Below are positions 1-12,987 of a stretch of 64,000 nucleotides of DNA, in pieces. The notes under the pieces are model-generated. The model worked only from the letters and a program-made list of their open reading frames with translations. It ran no database searches and was not told where the DNA came from. Position numbers and translations under genes: made by a program. Origin of the DNA: Azolla caroliniana (taxonomy: Eukaryota; Plantae; Polypodiophyta); NCBI GenBank assembly GCA_043228905.1, contig JBHGNT010000005.1, forward strand, positions 12,152,001 to 12,216,000, written 5' to 3'. The first letter of the stretch is position 1; each line of letters starts with the position of its first letter.

Positions 1-282
1 TGAACGGCTAACCGAGTAGGATTCGCAATGTGTCCGGTTGGAGATGCTTTGCGAGGTCGAGGAACACTGGATACTAAGTTTAATGTAGATGGAATTAGAG
101 GAGCGTCGGAGGAAGGCATTTGTTGACTGAAACCGGAAAGGTAACAAGAAGGAGTTCGGGATCGGAAAACCGGTTTTAGTATTCCAAACACGGATGGGGA
201 GCATGCTGGGAAAGCTCTGATTTAGATGGACGGGACCCTATTGGATCACAAAGGAATTTAAGGGATTATATAAGTTGGGCAC
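1..282 (+). pseudogene. Gypsy H (Athila-like) integrase C-terminal fragment, left of the Copia A1 insertion
   Basis: Reads KEFGIGKPVLVFQTRMGSMLGKL*FRWTGPYWITKEFKGLYKLGT, homologous to D integrase (LVFQTRMSHMPGKLRFRWTGPYWI, 55728-55931). It resumes at 12993 as LAGEILEKWVSGLWLKPYKG. Confidence 0.85.
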
Positions 283-371
283 TGTAAAAAGAACAACACG
301 CAGAAGCAATAGAAAACCAAACATAAGAAAAAACACAGGTTTAATGGAGAGATTGGACATACACATTATGT

Positions 372-1026
372 TGTCGAGGTATTCCTCGCGGATGCGTGGA
401 ATGAGGCGGGGCCTCGGGGGTCTTGTACAGAAGAGCAAGAGAAAAAGGAGAAGGGAGGGGACCCACTACGTCCACTACGTGTGGGCGTAGACTCACAGGG
501 GCACGGCCCTTCGACACAAAGACGCGAGTGGGACACCGACGTAGAGAGACACGAATGTATGTATATATATATATTAACAAGGACAAACAACAAGAAGCAC
601 GAAGTCGGTTACAACCGAACAGGCCGGCGAACAGATGTCGATGCCTGTTCGTAAACGCTCAGAAAGAAAGGAGTAGGTTGGACGTGCTGCCGGAAGCACT
701 CGGGCATTCCTCAGAGCAGCGCGAGCCTCCCGAAAACCTGCACAGAAAGAAGCTACGGAGTATGGAAGAGAGAGAAGCCTTCGGCCGACAACCCGACATC
801 ACTTCGTCCTCTCTAACCTCGATGCTTCCCCCCTCCTCGTCTCCCTCCTTTTATAGGCAAGGAAGGAGCCGTTTCCCATTAACTTCCTACCTACCGAATC
901 TACCTACCTAGGATCTTCTATGTACCTAATTCTCTCTTATGTACAACATAAGGCGTACGTGCATGAAGAGCCGGTTCCTACGCTCCGGTGCACCGATTCC
1001 GATTGTGGCCGGTTTTCTTCACGACA
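372..1026 (-). repeat. B1 3' LTR
   Basis: Direct repeat of 6734-7363; TG...CA ends. Confidence 0.92.
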
Positions 1027-1099
1027 TCCGCCCCCACCTAACCGCGCATCCACCGGCATGTGCCAAATTGAGTTGGGACGGAGAAAACCGGTCCAGCCT

Positions 1100-4000
1100 T
1101 CATTCCCCGCCTGTCGGTTCTTCCTCGGTTTCGGATCGTTCGTCGTCGCGGTCCAGGTTAACCGGATCCGGCTCGTCGTCGTGACGCTTCTTGAACGCTT
1201 TGATCCGCTTCCTAGCTACTGGTATCGCCATTCTCGTGCCATCGAGCTCCGCCAGATGGTACGTCCCGTTGTCGTTGGCGCTTTGTACCACGTAAGGCCC
1301 GAACCACCTTCTTGCGAACTTCCGTGTCGCTCGGTGCTGGTTGTCGAGGCTGCTGTCGTAGACTAGCACCCAGTCGCCTTCCTCGATCTTCTTTGGTCGG
1401 AGCCGGTGCGTCCGGTCGAACCGGGATTTGTTCCTCGTCCTTGCCACCAGAAGCTTTCCCGCAGCCTGCTCCACGTCCTCCGGTCTTCGCTCGAGCTGTC
1501 GTATGCGCGCCGCCAACAGTTCCTCCCGGCTCATCTCGTCTTTCCAGTCCACGGTTGCCCATGAGGAGATCGTACGTTCCATCGGCATGATCGGCTTCTG
1601 CCCAAACATGAGCTCTGTCGGCATGAATCCGGTTACCGAACTGTGCGTAGTTCGGTCCGCCCACAACGCGTAAGGCAACAGCCGCGGCCAGTTCCCGACT
1701 TGACCTCCGCATGCCCGAACTAACGCCTTGACGATCGGTCTATGTCCGCGCTCCACCTTCCCATTCGCCTCCGGATTGTACGCAGTGGTAAGCGAGAGCT
1801 TGACTCCTAGCCGGTCGAACAACTCCTCGGCCTCTTCGGCGTCCAACTCCCCGCGATCAGCCACGATCTTCCCGACGCACCTGTACCGGCATATCACGTC
1901 CTCGATCAGGAACCAACATACGACCGCGGTCGTTTTGTTCTGAAGGGCTCGGCCTTCCACCTGGTTCGTCAGATCTTCCCGAGCCAGGACCAGATAACGC
2001 ATTTGTCCTACTCCCATCGGCATCGTCACCAAATCTACCATCCATTTGAAGTGGATGGTCGGAGGGTACGTAGGGTGAAGCTCGTCTCGATGTCGGACTA
2101 TGGAGTGCATCTGACAGCTCTCGCAAGTTGTCACGAACCGATGCACGTCCCGGTACAGTCCCGGCCACCAGTACTTCCCCTTTATCTTCTCGAATGTGGC
2201 CCACGTTCCACGGTGTCCAGCCCAAGGGCTGTCGTGGTAGGCCGTCAGCAGCTCCTCCTGTTCTTCCTTCATTGCCACCACCCAGAGCGGGACACCGTTC
2301 CTCTTCTTCGGGTGCTTCCATAAGTATCCGTCCCGGAGAAAGAATAGGTATGCTTTCTTCCGGATCCGGTTGGCCTCGTCCCTCGTGCATGACGCATTCG
2401 GCGTCATTGTCCTCAAAAAACCACCGATCTGTAGCCACTCGCCGTCGTACTTGCTCTCGTCGAAGCCGTTAAGTGCCGGAGTGCTCGCCCCATCGGTCGT
2501 CACGTACGCCGCCTCGAAGAAGTCCACGCCGACTTCTTCGTCCTCCGAAACCATGCCGCCCTCGTCATCAAACCTCGCCCTCGAAAGCATGTCGGCCATG
2601 GCGTTGTCCTTTCCGGAAATGTGTCGTATTTCCGGGTCCAGGGACTTGATGTACGCTATCCACCTGAGCATCGCCAGGTCCGGTGTCGCGCATCCGGAGA
2701 CCATGCCGAGAATTGGCAAGCAATCCGTCTTGACAATCACTTCTATCCCGATCAGGTAGTCTTTGTCGGCCTTTACTGTCGAAACGATGCCCCAGAGTTC
2801 GCGTTTAACCTGGGCGTACCCTCGCTGTCGCTCACTGAGGACCTTTGCGCCGAATCGGATCGGGAACCGAATGCCGTCCTCGTCTTCTTGGTTGACGACC
2901 CATCCGATCCCGGTTGGACTCGTATCCACCGTTATATATACTGGGGTACCCTTCTCGTAGACAGCCTTCCGGAGCGCCGGTGCTGCCGCAAGAGCTTCCT
3001 TCAGCTTCCGGACCGACTCCGTGTGCTCGTCTCGCCACTCGAATTTTCGCCCTTTCTTCAGCAACCCGTATAGCGGCTCCGCAACGTGGGCGTAATGCAG
3101 GATCCATATGTGGTAGAATGCACACGCCCCCAGGAACCTCCGAACTTCCGTAACCGAGCTACAGTCGGTCTTCATCGTGGCGATGGCTTCTACCTTTGCC
3201 GGAGACGGCTTCCGGCCATATGGTCCACATAGGTGTCCGACCACCAGGATTTCTGATTGCCCGAAGGCCGATTTCTCCCCGGAGAAGGTGAGCCTCGCAA
3301 CCTCCAGCCTTTGTAGCACCTTCTCGCAGTCGTCGATGTGTGTTGCCACGAATCGCCGGCATCCGTCCGGCCCAAGTGTCTCGTCGTTCTCTTCCACCGG
3401 GCACCCCTTGATCGGGATGTCGTCTACACATGGCATGGTGATGTCCGGGATGCAATCCCTGAGTACCTTGCTCATTGCATTCACCATGTGGGCCACCGAG
3501 TTGGTCCCTCCTTGTGGTAGGGTACATATTCGCACTAGGCTAAGGGGAGTTCGCATCGTCGTAATGTCTCTACTCTCCACGGCTAGTTGGAACTGGTCGT
3601 ACCCCGAGTACAGGTCACCGACCGAGTAAATCGACCTTCCGGCGAAGGCCTCCGCGAACTCGTCTATGGTCGGTCCGATTCCAGCGTTCCGAATGGTCAC
3701 TCTGTTGACCGGCTGCAGGTCTTGAATGAAGCGCAATGTTCCGTTTTTCTTTGGTACGGTAAACCATCGGTTCGAGTATGGGGCACTCGACGGTTCGAGA
3801 ATGCCCATATCGACTTTCTGCCTCAATAGCTCCATCAACTTCGGGATGTGAGCTCTCGGTACTGGAATCGGCTTGAGATTCCACGGCACATGCGGTACCG
3901 TGAATATCACCATCGGCTCCACGATTGTCGGGTCTACGCACCCGATCTCTTCCGGTGAGAATGCGAAGGCTTTCCCGTGTCTTCCAAGCATTCTCCGAAA

Positions 4001-4459
4001 CCGGTCTTCCTCCGCTGGCAGTAGGAACCCGCCCCCACCGATTTTGAGCTCCCGGAGCGTCCCGTCGGTGAAGGTGTGTCCTATGCAAACCGGATCTCGC
4101 AAACTGGGGTCCGACGCAACCCCTCTGATTCGGGACTCGCTGCCCTCCGGTAAGGGTGCCGCGACTGGCCTTACCTTCCGGTCCACAGTCTTGTACTTCG
4201 TGCTAACTCGGGCCGTCCGATCCGACCCGAGCCCCTGATTGAAGTTCGCGATGACTTCGTACATCTCTTCGGAACATACCGGTATCGTTCGGTCTTCGTT
4301 AAGGTCTTCTCCGGCTACCTTCCTCAGCATCCCCAAGGTGTCGTCGAAGGAGACCGCCTCCATGGCTCCGCTGATTTCCTCGTCCGGGCCGAGAAATCCG
4401 CACGCTCGAAGTCGCTCCTCCGCCCTTGCCTTTTCTCGGCCAACAATGCCGACTATCAT
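1100..4459 (-). CDS. B1 pol (RT-RNase H-integrase), open frame of 1119 aa
   Basis: RT motifs DLYSGYDQ, LPQG and CVDD (FLDD in B2); RNase H VDTSPTGIG; integrase HHCC and WMVD/VADRGE/VERGH. The frame stays open upstream to about 4597. Confidence 0.9.
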   Translation of the reverse strand: MIVGIVGREKARAEERLRACGFLGPDEEISGAMEAVSFDDTLGMLRKVAGEDLNEDRTIPVCSEEMYEVIANFNQGLGSDRTARVSTKYKTVDRKVRPVAAPLPEGSESRIRGVASDPSLRDPVCIGHTFTDGTLRELKIGGGGFLLPAEEDRFRRMLGRHGKAFAFSPEEIGCVDPTIVEPMVIFTVPHVPWNLKPIPVPRAHIPKLMELLRQKVDMGILEPSSAPYSNRWFTVPKKNGTLRFIQDLQPVNRVTIRNAGIGPTIDEFAEAFAGRSIYSVGDLYSGYDQFQLAVESRDITTMRTPLSLVRICTLPQGGTNSVAHMVNAMSKVLRDCIPDITMPCVDDIPIKGCPVEENDETLGPDGCRRFVATHIDDCEKVLQRLEVARLTFSGEKSAFGQSEILVVGHLCGPYGRKPSPAKVEAIATMKTDCSSVTEVRRFLGACAFYHIWILHYAHVAEPLYGLLKKGRKFEWRDEHTESVRKLKEALAAAPALRKAVYEKGTPVYITVDTSPTGIGWVVNQEDEDGIRFPIRFGAKVLSERQRGYAQVKRELWGIVSTVKADKDYLIGIEVIVKTDCLPILGMVSGCATPDLAMLRWIAYIKSLDPEIRHISGKDNAMADMLSRARFDDEGGMVSEDEEVGVDFFEAAYVTTDGASTPALNGFDESKYDGEWLQIGGFLRTMTPNASCTRDEANRIRKKAYLFFLRDGYLWKHPKKRNGVPLWVVAMKEEQEELLTAYHDSPWAGHRGTWATFEKIKGKYWWPGLYRDVHRFVTTCESCQMHSIVRHRDELHPTYPPTIHFKWMVDLVTMPMGVGQMRYLVLAREDLTNQVEGRALQNKTTAVVCWFLIEDVICRYRCVGKIVADRGELDAEEAEELFDRLGVKLSLTTAYNPEANGKVERGHRPIVKALVRACGGQVGNWPRLLPYALWADRTTHSSVTGFMPTELMFGQKPIMPMERTISSWATVDWKDEMSREELLAARIRQLERRPEDVEQAAGKLLVARTRNKSRFDRTHRLRPKKIEEGDWVLVYDSSLDNQHRATRKFARRWFGPYVVQSANDNGTYHLAELDGTRMAIPVARKRIKAFKKRHDDEPDPVNLDRDDERSETEEEPTGGE

Positions 4460-4593
4460 ACACCCTCCGTTGTTGGAGAAGCAAAATTTTCTACCTATCG
4501 TACAAGGTTTCTTCGGTTTCGGTTCTATCGTACAGCTGTGGGGTCTTTCCCGAGTGTCCGGACTGTCTCGGCCCCATGCCTTGGCAGCCCTCT

Positions 4594-6690
4594 CTAAAAA
4601 TCCTCTCGGTTCTCGCCACCGAGGGATTCGCGGTTTCGCTCGTGGTTCGGCCGCACCGTCAGAAATTGGACCGAATGGCGCCCGTCCTGGCTTTTGACCC
4701 TCGCGTAGGCCGAACCGTTGTCCAGCACCTTGGTCTCCATTCGCGCCGCCGTGATGTATGGTTCCCCTAATATGACTGGGTGCGAGGACGTCTCCTGCAC
4801 GAAGAAGTGCTGGTCAATCTCGACGTCGCCGATCTTGACTCGCACGTTCGGGCAGGGCCCGTGCAGTTCCTCGGTGGCGCGCGTCGCCGCCCGTATCTTC
4901 CACCCGTGCTTGGTGTTGATCGGCCATTTTCCCTTCTTATAGAAGTCCATGGACATCAGGTTTATTTCTGAACCGTGGTCCACCAGTGCCACCACCAGTT
5001 CCTGAACATCTCCGATCTTCACCGGGGTCTCCGTGGTCGCTCGGGCCCAGTGCGGCCTCGAATAGTGGCTCTCCGCCCACTCATCTTCCAGCGCCATGTC
5101 GTCGATGTGCGTCGTCCGCACCTCCACCGGTCTTTCCGGTTCTGTCTCCGTCGACAGCCTCTTCCGCTTTACCAAGTCCACAATGGAGTCGTGGAACTCC
5201 TTCTTAGCGATCCCTAGCACCTCCCACAATGACAACTCCACTTTGCTGTCGAGGATCCGTTCTTCTAGGACCTTTCGTAGATCCGTGGTCCTTTCTATTT
5301 CCGTCCCCAGTCGGTATCCGCCCTTCCTGGGCTTATCTTGCGCGTTGGACCCACCGGCTTCGTTCCGTCGTTGCCCGAATCGGGTCTCGTATCGTTGCGA
5401 GGGCCCGGCCGCTCCGGCTTTCCCCACTCGCTTGTCTTCTACCAGAGCCTCGTAGTTCCGGCAGGCGGCTTCTACGAAGCCCGTCTTCTCCTCGACCGGG
5501 TCGCTCCACCCGGTTATTTCCCAGACCCGTCTCTCAGCGCGGTCCGATTCATCTTTCCTCATCCGTGCGCCGGCGAGGCCTTCCAGCATTGCCGACCAGA
5601 ATCCGTCTTTGCTCTCCTTTCGGGCCTCGCTGCCCCCGACCCGAATACCGGTCGACGCCGAGTAGTGGATGGCCTCCACGTGTCGGGCCGCTGCCTCTTC
5701 CATCAGTTTCTTCATACCTCCTCACCCGTCGTTCTGGTTTAGGGCCCTTCTGGTATCGCCGGCGTGCACCCGGCCTTCCCATAGGTACACCACCCGGTTC
5801 CTCAACGCCTTTGCGAAATCGCTGCAGTCCTTCCGAATGTGGCCGACCTCGTCGCACCACATGCACCTGTTCCCTGCTGCCGGCTATCGGTCACGAGCCG
5901 GTTCGCCGCCTTCCCTTCGAGTCTGGGCGATCTGGAGATCCTTTATCGCCCGCGTTAACTCCTCCAACGCTGCTCCTCCGGACGAGTCATTGACCATGCC
6001 GGTCGGAGCCGAACCGGTTTCGAGCCACTCCCGGGTCTCTGCCCTTCGCCCTTGCGGTGCCAGTTCAAGCCTCCTTGCTGTGACAGAGCCCGCACCGGCC
6101 GCCCCGTTGTCAGCCCATTCTCGCCGTTTGTCGAAACGGCCACAGACTCTCTTAACCGCAGCCCAGTCGGTCGTCAGCCCTTCTTCGGTTTCTAGCAAGG
6201 AGCCGACTTGATCCCGGTCCCGCTCGTCCACCGACTTGACGAACAGTAGGACCCGGCTCGTATCCAGAACGGTTCGGTCAAGCGCCGAAAGGCGCGCCGA
6301 CGCGTTTCTTCCCTTGCCGGGGGACTCCACCCATTCCATGAAGTCCCGTTTCGACAGTCGGAGCGCGTCATCCAGCCCGTATGTTTCTAGGAGTCTGCCT
6401 TCGAACTCCTCCCAGGTACGGCTCTCCGCCCGTAGCTCGAGCACCTCCGCATGGATGCTCGGCATCGCCACTCGAGGGAACCCGGCAAGACGCCTCTCTT
6501 CCGGAATGTCCCGCATCAGCATTTCTGCCCCGTAGGACGCCAAATACTTCGTGGCATCCTTTCCGCTGAACCGGCCGATCGTACCGACGGCTACCTCAAT
6601 GGCTCTGTCGAGGGTGCCGGTGCCCTCGCGTGCGCTCAATATCCGATCCACGGCCGAAGCCATGGCCTCCGCAAGATCCGACCCCTTCAT
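4594..6690 (-). pseudogene. B1 ORF1 gag-protease
   Basis: Gag with CMWCDEVGHIRKDC knuckle, then protease LVDHGSEINLM. Premature stop at 5884 and a 30-bp in-frame deletion relative to B2. Confidence 0.85.
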
Positions 6691-6733
6691 CTTTTGGTCT
6701 TCTGCCGCCTCCTTCACGTCGGGTTCACTAAGA

Positions 6734-7363
6734 TGTCGAGGTATTCCTCGCGGATGCGTGGAATGAGGGGGGGCCTCAGGGGTCTTGTACCGAAGAGCAA
6801 GAGACAAAGGAGAAGGGAAGGGACCCACTACGTGTGGGTGTAGACTCACAGGGGCACGACCCTTCGACACAAAGACGCGAGTGGAACACCCCGACGCAGA
6901 GAGACACGAATGTATGTATATATATATATATTAACAAGGACAAACAACAAGAAGCACGAAGTCGGTTACAACCAAACAGGCCGGCGAACAGATGCCGATG
7001 CCTGTTCGTAAACGCTCAGAAAGAAAGGAATAGGTTGGAGGTGCTGCCGGAAGCACTCCGGCATTCCTCAAAACCTGCACAGAAAGAAGCTACAGAGTAT
7101 GGAAGAGAGAGAAGCCTTCGGCCGACAACCCGACAACACTTCGTCCTCTCTAACTGCGATGCTTCCCCCCTCCTCGTCTCCCTCCTTTTATAGGCAAGGA
7201 AGGAGCCGTTTCCCATTAACTTCCTACCTACCGAATCTACCTACCTAGGATCTTCTATGTACCTAATTCTCTCTTATGTACAACATAAGGCGTACGTGCA
7301 TGAAGAGCCGGTTCCTACGCTCCGGTGCACCGATTCCGCTTGTGGCCGGTTTTCTTCACGACA
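6734..7363 (-). repeat. B1 5' LTR
   Basis: Repeat of 372-1026 with a ~20-bp deletion near 7070. Confidence 0.92.
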
Positions 7364-7907
7364 ACGCGTGAGAGACACAGAGAGAGAGAGGGAGAGAGCG
7401 TCAATACACACAACTCTATTCAAAAAATAATAGTCAATTTGTGCATAGGATGTGCTCAATGAGCACTTTTATACAAGTCCATACGGACTGACAGAAGTAC
7501 TGACACGTACTTCAATGCTCATAATTGAGCTCTACACTAACTCCCAAAATATATTCCTACACGGAATATCTTTCCCACGGCGTCGAGGTTTAAGCACCGC
7601 TACGGCTTCTTGTTGCACACCAGTTTACGCACCGGTGCGGCCTAACCGATCGGTCCCAACCGATCCGGTTCTCGGCTTGTACAACCGATATGGCCAATGT
7701 TAAGGTTGTATCTCAACACTCCCCCTCAAGCTAAACTTGAGGCTCTTCTGGTTCTTTCGTATCACCACTCTGGTTTCTTCTGGCTTCGCGCCTCACTCGC
7801 GCTCCTCGTCTTGTTCAATTCTGCGCGCCTCGACCCTTCCGGTCGGCATGTGTGCTCGTGCGACCCTTCTTAGCTCCCTTGTTGTCGCGATGTTGGCGCC
7901 TCTTCGG

Positions 7908-10900
7908 CTACCCTTTCTTCCGCTTGGACCTCGGTTGATTCGACGCCTCTGAATCAGACATCCAAACCAAATCAACTTCCTCCGATCGGTTTTCGCTGTT
8001 GCCCGAATTGGCTTCATCTCCCCCATTCTTGGCTGGCTTCCTCTCTTTCTTTCGGCTGCTTCCCTCACATCCGCTTTCAGACTCTTTCGCGGATCCTCCC
8101 TGGGCTTCTTCACCCGACCCGAAATCGAATTCGTCATTCGACTCGGTGTCACGGTCTCTTCCGCTCCTTTCCTGCTCCCTTCTGTGGTCTTCTGGGACTT
8201 CACACCCCCTCAAGTTCGGCAAATCGAGGTGTTGCAACCCAAGCGCACCCGAGAATTGCCGCAACTTTTCGAGACCAAGGGGCTTGGTGACAATGTCGGC
8301 GGTTTGCCGATCTGTCAGAACATACTGAAGTTTGGCTTCACCGGAGAGGACACACTCGCGGACAAAGTGGTAGTGCACCTCAATGTGCTTAGTCCGGGCG
8401 TGGAAGACAGGGTTCTTCGCTAACTGGATGTTACTGAGGTTGTCGCAGTAGATCGTCGTTGGATCAGACACCTCAACCTGTAGATCCTTAAGTAGTCGTT
8501 TCAGCCAGATGGCTTCGCATGTTGCGACAACCGCTCCTCTATACTCGGCTTCGGTGCTTGACAGTGCAACTGTCGGCTGCTTCTTGCTACTCCACGCGAT
8601 TGCGGCGCTCCAAAGAGAGAACACATCCGGATGTGGATCGGCGATCGCCGATATTTCTGGCCTAATCAACATCGGTATAGCCAACTAACTGCGCAGCAAT
8701 ATCGGTCCAATATAGTGCCACTGACGTACCGGAGTACGTGTTGTGCGCACTAAAGGTGCTCCTCAGTTGGCCGCGCCATGAACTGACTAATCACACCGAC
8801 CAGATAACTAACGTCTGGTCGAGTGATAGTCAAGTATATGAGGCTTCCGAAAATCTGTCGGAACCTCTTTGGGTCGCAAACCTTTACGGAGTCGGGGCGA
8901 AGCTTGACGGTTCTATCCAGAGGAGTCGAGACGGACTTACAATCTGCCATCCCGAACTTGAAGAGCATACACAATACGTAATGTCATTGGCTGATCAGTA
9001 TGCCTTCGGGGGTAGAAATCACTTCGATCCCGAGGAAGTAATGAAGGTCCCCCAGGTCCTTCATGTCAAATGATGCCGCGAGCTGGAGCTTTACATGGTC
9101 AATTTCACATAGGTCGTCGACGGTGATGACCAAGTCATCAACATAAAGTAAAATACTAACCGGCCCGAGTCGACCATTCCGAATGAATAGTGAAGAGTCT
9201 AGTTTGGTTGTTGCAAATCCCATCCGACGCAATCGCTACGTGATGTTCGTGTTCCAAGCACGCGAGCCTTGCTTTTATTTGTAAAGGGACTTCTTCAACC
9301 AGCAGACCGTCGAGGTGTTCATTCCGGAGTGAAATCTGGGGGGCTATACCATGTACACCATTTCCTCAAGCTCGCCTTGCAAGAACGCATTCCTGACATC
9401 CATCTGATGTAAATGTCACCCCTTCGCCACAACTACCACAAGCAAAACACCGACGGTCGTCATCTTTGCGACCGGCGCAAACGTCTCATCGTAGTCAATG
9501 CCATGTTGCTACTTCGGTGTTGTACTTGACCTTGTAACCCACGTACATCCGATCGGCTTCACACCCTTCGGTGCTTCAACAAGGTCCCAGGTTTCATTCT
9601 CCACCAATGTGCGCATCTCTTCCTCCATTGCAGCACGCTAATTTGGGTCTTTCGCCGCTTCTGCGTGGTTCTCCAGCTCACGCACTTCCGCTGCACGCAT
9701 CATGTACGCATAGTGATGCGCCATGTACTCGTTGTATCCGAACCGCACAATAGGGTTCTTCTAGCGGGTAGATCGGCGTAATTGCTCATTAGCTGATGTT
9801 GAGGCTTTCTTGGCTGACACGGACTTCTCTCTCAAAGATCCGTCATCGCTCTTCTCGAAGTCGGATTCGTGTTGATCCGACTCGCCTTTATCCGTGTTGT
9901 ACTCCAGCATCTTCTTCTTCCCTTTTTCCTTGTGCGTAAACCGTCTCCTCGGCTTCCTGCACGGGGAATGCACGGCCAAGTCTCCACTACTCACCAGCTC
10001 TTCTTCGGACTGGTCAAACCGACCTAGTCTCTTGTGCGGTCCACTTAGCTGAAATGAAATCAAACTCTCATCGAGGGTCTTGATTTCACGGTCATCCGGA
10101 GTCATTTTAGCCTCATTGACCTCATCGTCAGAACTCGGGTCTGGAGGTCCGGAGTTGGAGTTGAGGTCCGGAGTCGGAGGCAAATACCAGGACGCGGACT
10201 CGTCAAACACAACGTCGCGGCTCACGCGAGCTTGTTTGGTTCGGGGGTTATAACACTTATAACCCTTCTGTTCGTCCGAATAGCCGACCAAGATACACTT
10301 CTCAGCTTTCACGTCCAACTTCCCCCGTTTCTCCTTCGGCACATCCACATACGCGATGCTACCGAAAACTCTCAAGTGTCGTAGATTCGGCTTCCTTCCA
10401 AAATATAGCTCATGCGCCGACACTTTGTCGCCGATCCGATTCTGGATGTACAGGGCGGTTTGTACCGCTTCAGCCCAATAGAACTTGGGCAAGATCTTTT
10501 CTTCCCACATTGCCCGCGCCACTTCCACAACCGACCAAATTTTCCTTTCGGCTACGCCGTTTTGTTCCAGTGTATACCTGCAACTGAATTCGCGGCGAAT
10601 TCCCATTTGTTGCAGATAACTATTGAATTGGCCGGAAAAGAACTCTTTTCCGTCATCCGACCGAAGGCACATGATCTTTCTCCCTGTTTCTCTTTCTACG
10701 AAGCTTTTGAGGTCCTAGAAACAGTCGAAGACTTCACTCTTCTTTTCAATGAGATAGATCCACGTGGGCCGCGTGTACTCGTGGATAAAGGAGACAAAAT
10801 ATCGACTCCCGCCAAGACAAATGTTCTGTGTCATCCCCCATACATCCGAATGTATAAAGTCGAGCTTGTTCCAGCTCCGGTTATGCTTGTTGGGGAAAGG

Positions 10901-12433
10901 AAGTCGGTGTTGCTTCCCTAGCTGGCAGGCTTCACAAATTTGGGCCTTCCGGCCACTAAATTTGGGCAATCTGAACACAACTTGTTTCGATTGAAGTCCT
11001 AAAGCCTTTGATAGTTGACGTGGCCTATCCGCTTGTGCCACAAGTCGATATCCGACTCAAATTTTTGTCCTTTTGCGAACATTGTTGTGCCTACATCATT
11101 GGTGTCGAGGATAAACATCCTCCCGTCTCTACGCCCTTGTGCAATAACTTGGCCTTCCTCCTAGATGAAGCACCCGAGAAGCGTGAACCGGACTTGCATC
11201 CCCTGGTCGACAATCTGCCCGACCGACACCAGATTCTTCGTGATTGTCGGGACGTGTAACACGTTCATGAGTTTCCCTTTTTGCCAGACATGGCTCAGGG
11301 GAACTTCACCGACATTCTCGATTGGATGCGGAGTGTCGTCTCCTGTTGTGACTACTCCCGGTTGCATCAGTTTCTCAAGGTATGACAAACCACTCCTTAT
11401 GGCTCGTCATGTGGTTTGACGTGCCGGAGTCAACGTACCACACCTCGTCCGATTTCGGGATGGTCTTCTTCATCGAGTTCGCTTTGTGTCTCGTCATGAA
11501 GGCTGCCCCCTTTTCGACTTTTTCGGATCCTTGGGCATAGTGCGATCGCTGCCGATTTCCTTTGTTGGTTTGTTCGAATCTGGATTCGATTTTCTCCGAA
11601 TCGGCGCGCTTCTTCCTGCACTTGCTCTCCTTGTGGCCTTTCTTGCCACAGTACCAGCATTCCGCGACAGATTTCCCTTGCCTGTTCTCGTCACCTCGAC
11701 TCCCCCTATTTCTAGAGGGTCCAGAATTTCTGTCGGCATCACTTCGGTGCCTTCTTCCTTGACCCCGTCGCCCGCCTCCAATGCACACCGAATCGCCTCT
11801 TCCGCCACGACCACGAGACCTATCTCCCTCTGTGTACAACATCTTGCTATCAGCGTGCGTACTCGTCGACGCACCCGCGTGGTTCTCCTCTATAAGGAGC
11901 ATCGACTGTAGGTCGAAAAACAACGGCGTATTCTTTCGTGTGCACACTGCAGTTCGGAACGCTCCGAACTTTGATGCCAGTCCCCCGAGACAAATCTGCA
12001 CCATTTCGCCTTCCTCGATGGACGCTAAGGAGTCACATATATCTTTGATCTTTGAGGTGTAATCAACCACCGACAAATCGCGTTGTCACAAGTTGCTCAA
12101 CTCCTGTCGGAGTTGGAATTTTCTAGCTGTGGTGCCTTCGGCGAAAATCTTTTTTAGATTTCCCAAGCATCCTTTGGCGTTTTTGCATCCTCAATATAGC
12201 TCAGAAGTTGTTCGCTCACAGAAAACACAAAGCAGTAGAGAACTCTGCTCGCCGACTGTTCCCAAGCCGGGAAGTCTCTGTGTGTCGAATCAGGTGCTAT
12301 GTCATTTGCTCCATCGACATAGCTCCAATATCCATGCCCGAGCAGGTACTGGTGCATCTTGTACGACCAAGACGCATAGTTCTTTCTATCAAGCTTCTCG
12401 GTCGGGCTTCTCGGTCGGAAGCGAGCTAGCCAT
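7908..12433 (-). pseudogene. A1 gag-pol, fragmented
   Basis: Gag knuckle CWYCGKKGHKESKC; protease WYVDSGTSNH; integrase SDDGKEF and NGVAER; RT LYVDDL; RNase H ALSSTEAEY. Many frameshifts, stops and deletions. Confidence 0.9.
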
Positions 12434-12534
12434 GCCTCTATCCATTCTCTTTTTCCTCTTCTTTACGAAGGTTAGGTATTCTTCTCGAGCTAAGGTTGGT
12501 TGTAGAGGTTCTCAACCCTCACGCTCTGATACCA

Positions 12535-12987
12535 TGTAAAAAGAACAACGTGCGGAAGCAACAAAAAACCAAACATAAGAAAAAACACAGATTAAATGGA
12601 GAGATCAGACATACACATTACGCAGGAGAGACATAGAGAGGGAGAGGGAGAGAGCGTCAATACACACAACTCTATTCAAAAAATAATAGTCAATCTGTGC
12701 ATAGGATGTGCTCAGTGAGCACTTTTATAAGAGTCCATACGGACTGACAGAAGTATTGACACGTACTTCAATGCTCATAACCAAGCTCTACACTAACTCC
12801 CAAAATATATTCCTATGCGGAATATCTTTCCAACGGCCTCGCGGTTTACACACCGCTACGGCTTCTTGTTGCGCACCGGTTTACGCACCCGGTTTACGCA
12901 TCGGTCTGGCCTAACCGATCGGTCCCAACCGATCCGGTTCTTGGCTTGTACATCCGATCTGGCCAATGTTGAGCTTGTATCTCAACA
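12535..12987 (-). repeat. A1 5' LTR
   Basis: Matches 283-371 joined to 7368-7718. Confidence 0.92.

Larger units (their letters stand above)
372..7363 (-). mobile_element. Ty3/Gypsy element B1, inserted in the 3' LTR of A1
   Basis: LTRs at 372-1026 and 6734-7363 (TGTCG...CGACA). PBS remnant at 6713-6730. G-rich PPT-like tract at 1027-1040. Flanks atgt/acgc fit a 4-bp TSD with two C>T changes. The A1 LTR sequence is continuous across the insertion. Confidence 0.93.
283..12987 (-). mobile_element. Ty1/Copia element A1, full length, degenerate
   Basis: LTRs TGTAAAAAG...CTCAACA at 283-7718 (split by B1) and 12535-12987. Met-i PBS TGGTATCAGAGC at 12523-12534 (-). PPT at 7719-7726. TSD ggcac (278-282) / agcac (12988-12992). 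Domain order gag-PR-INT-RT-RH. Confidence 0.93.

Noticed and set aside
5229-6211. Numerous 60-330 aa antisense or overlapping ORFs, including ORFs repeated in LTRs
   Set aside because: They are shadow frames of GC-rich retroelement coding sequence or duplicated LTRs, with no recognisable domains.
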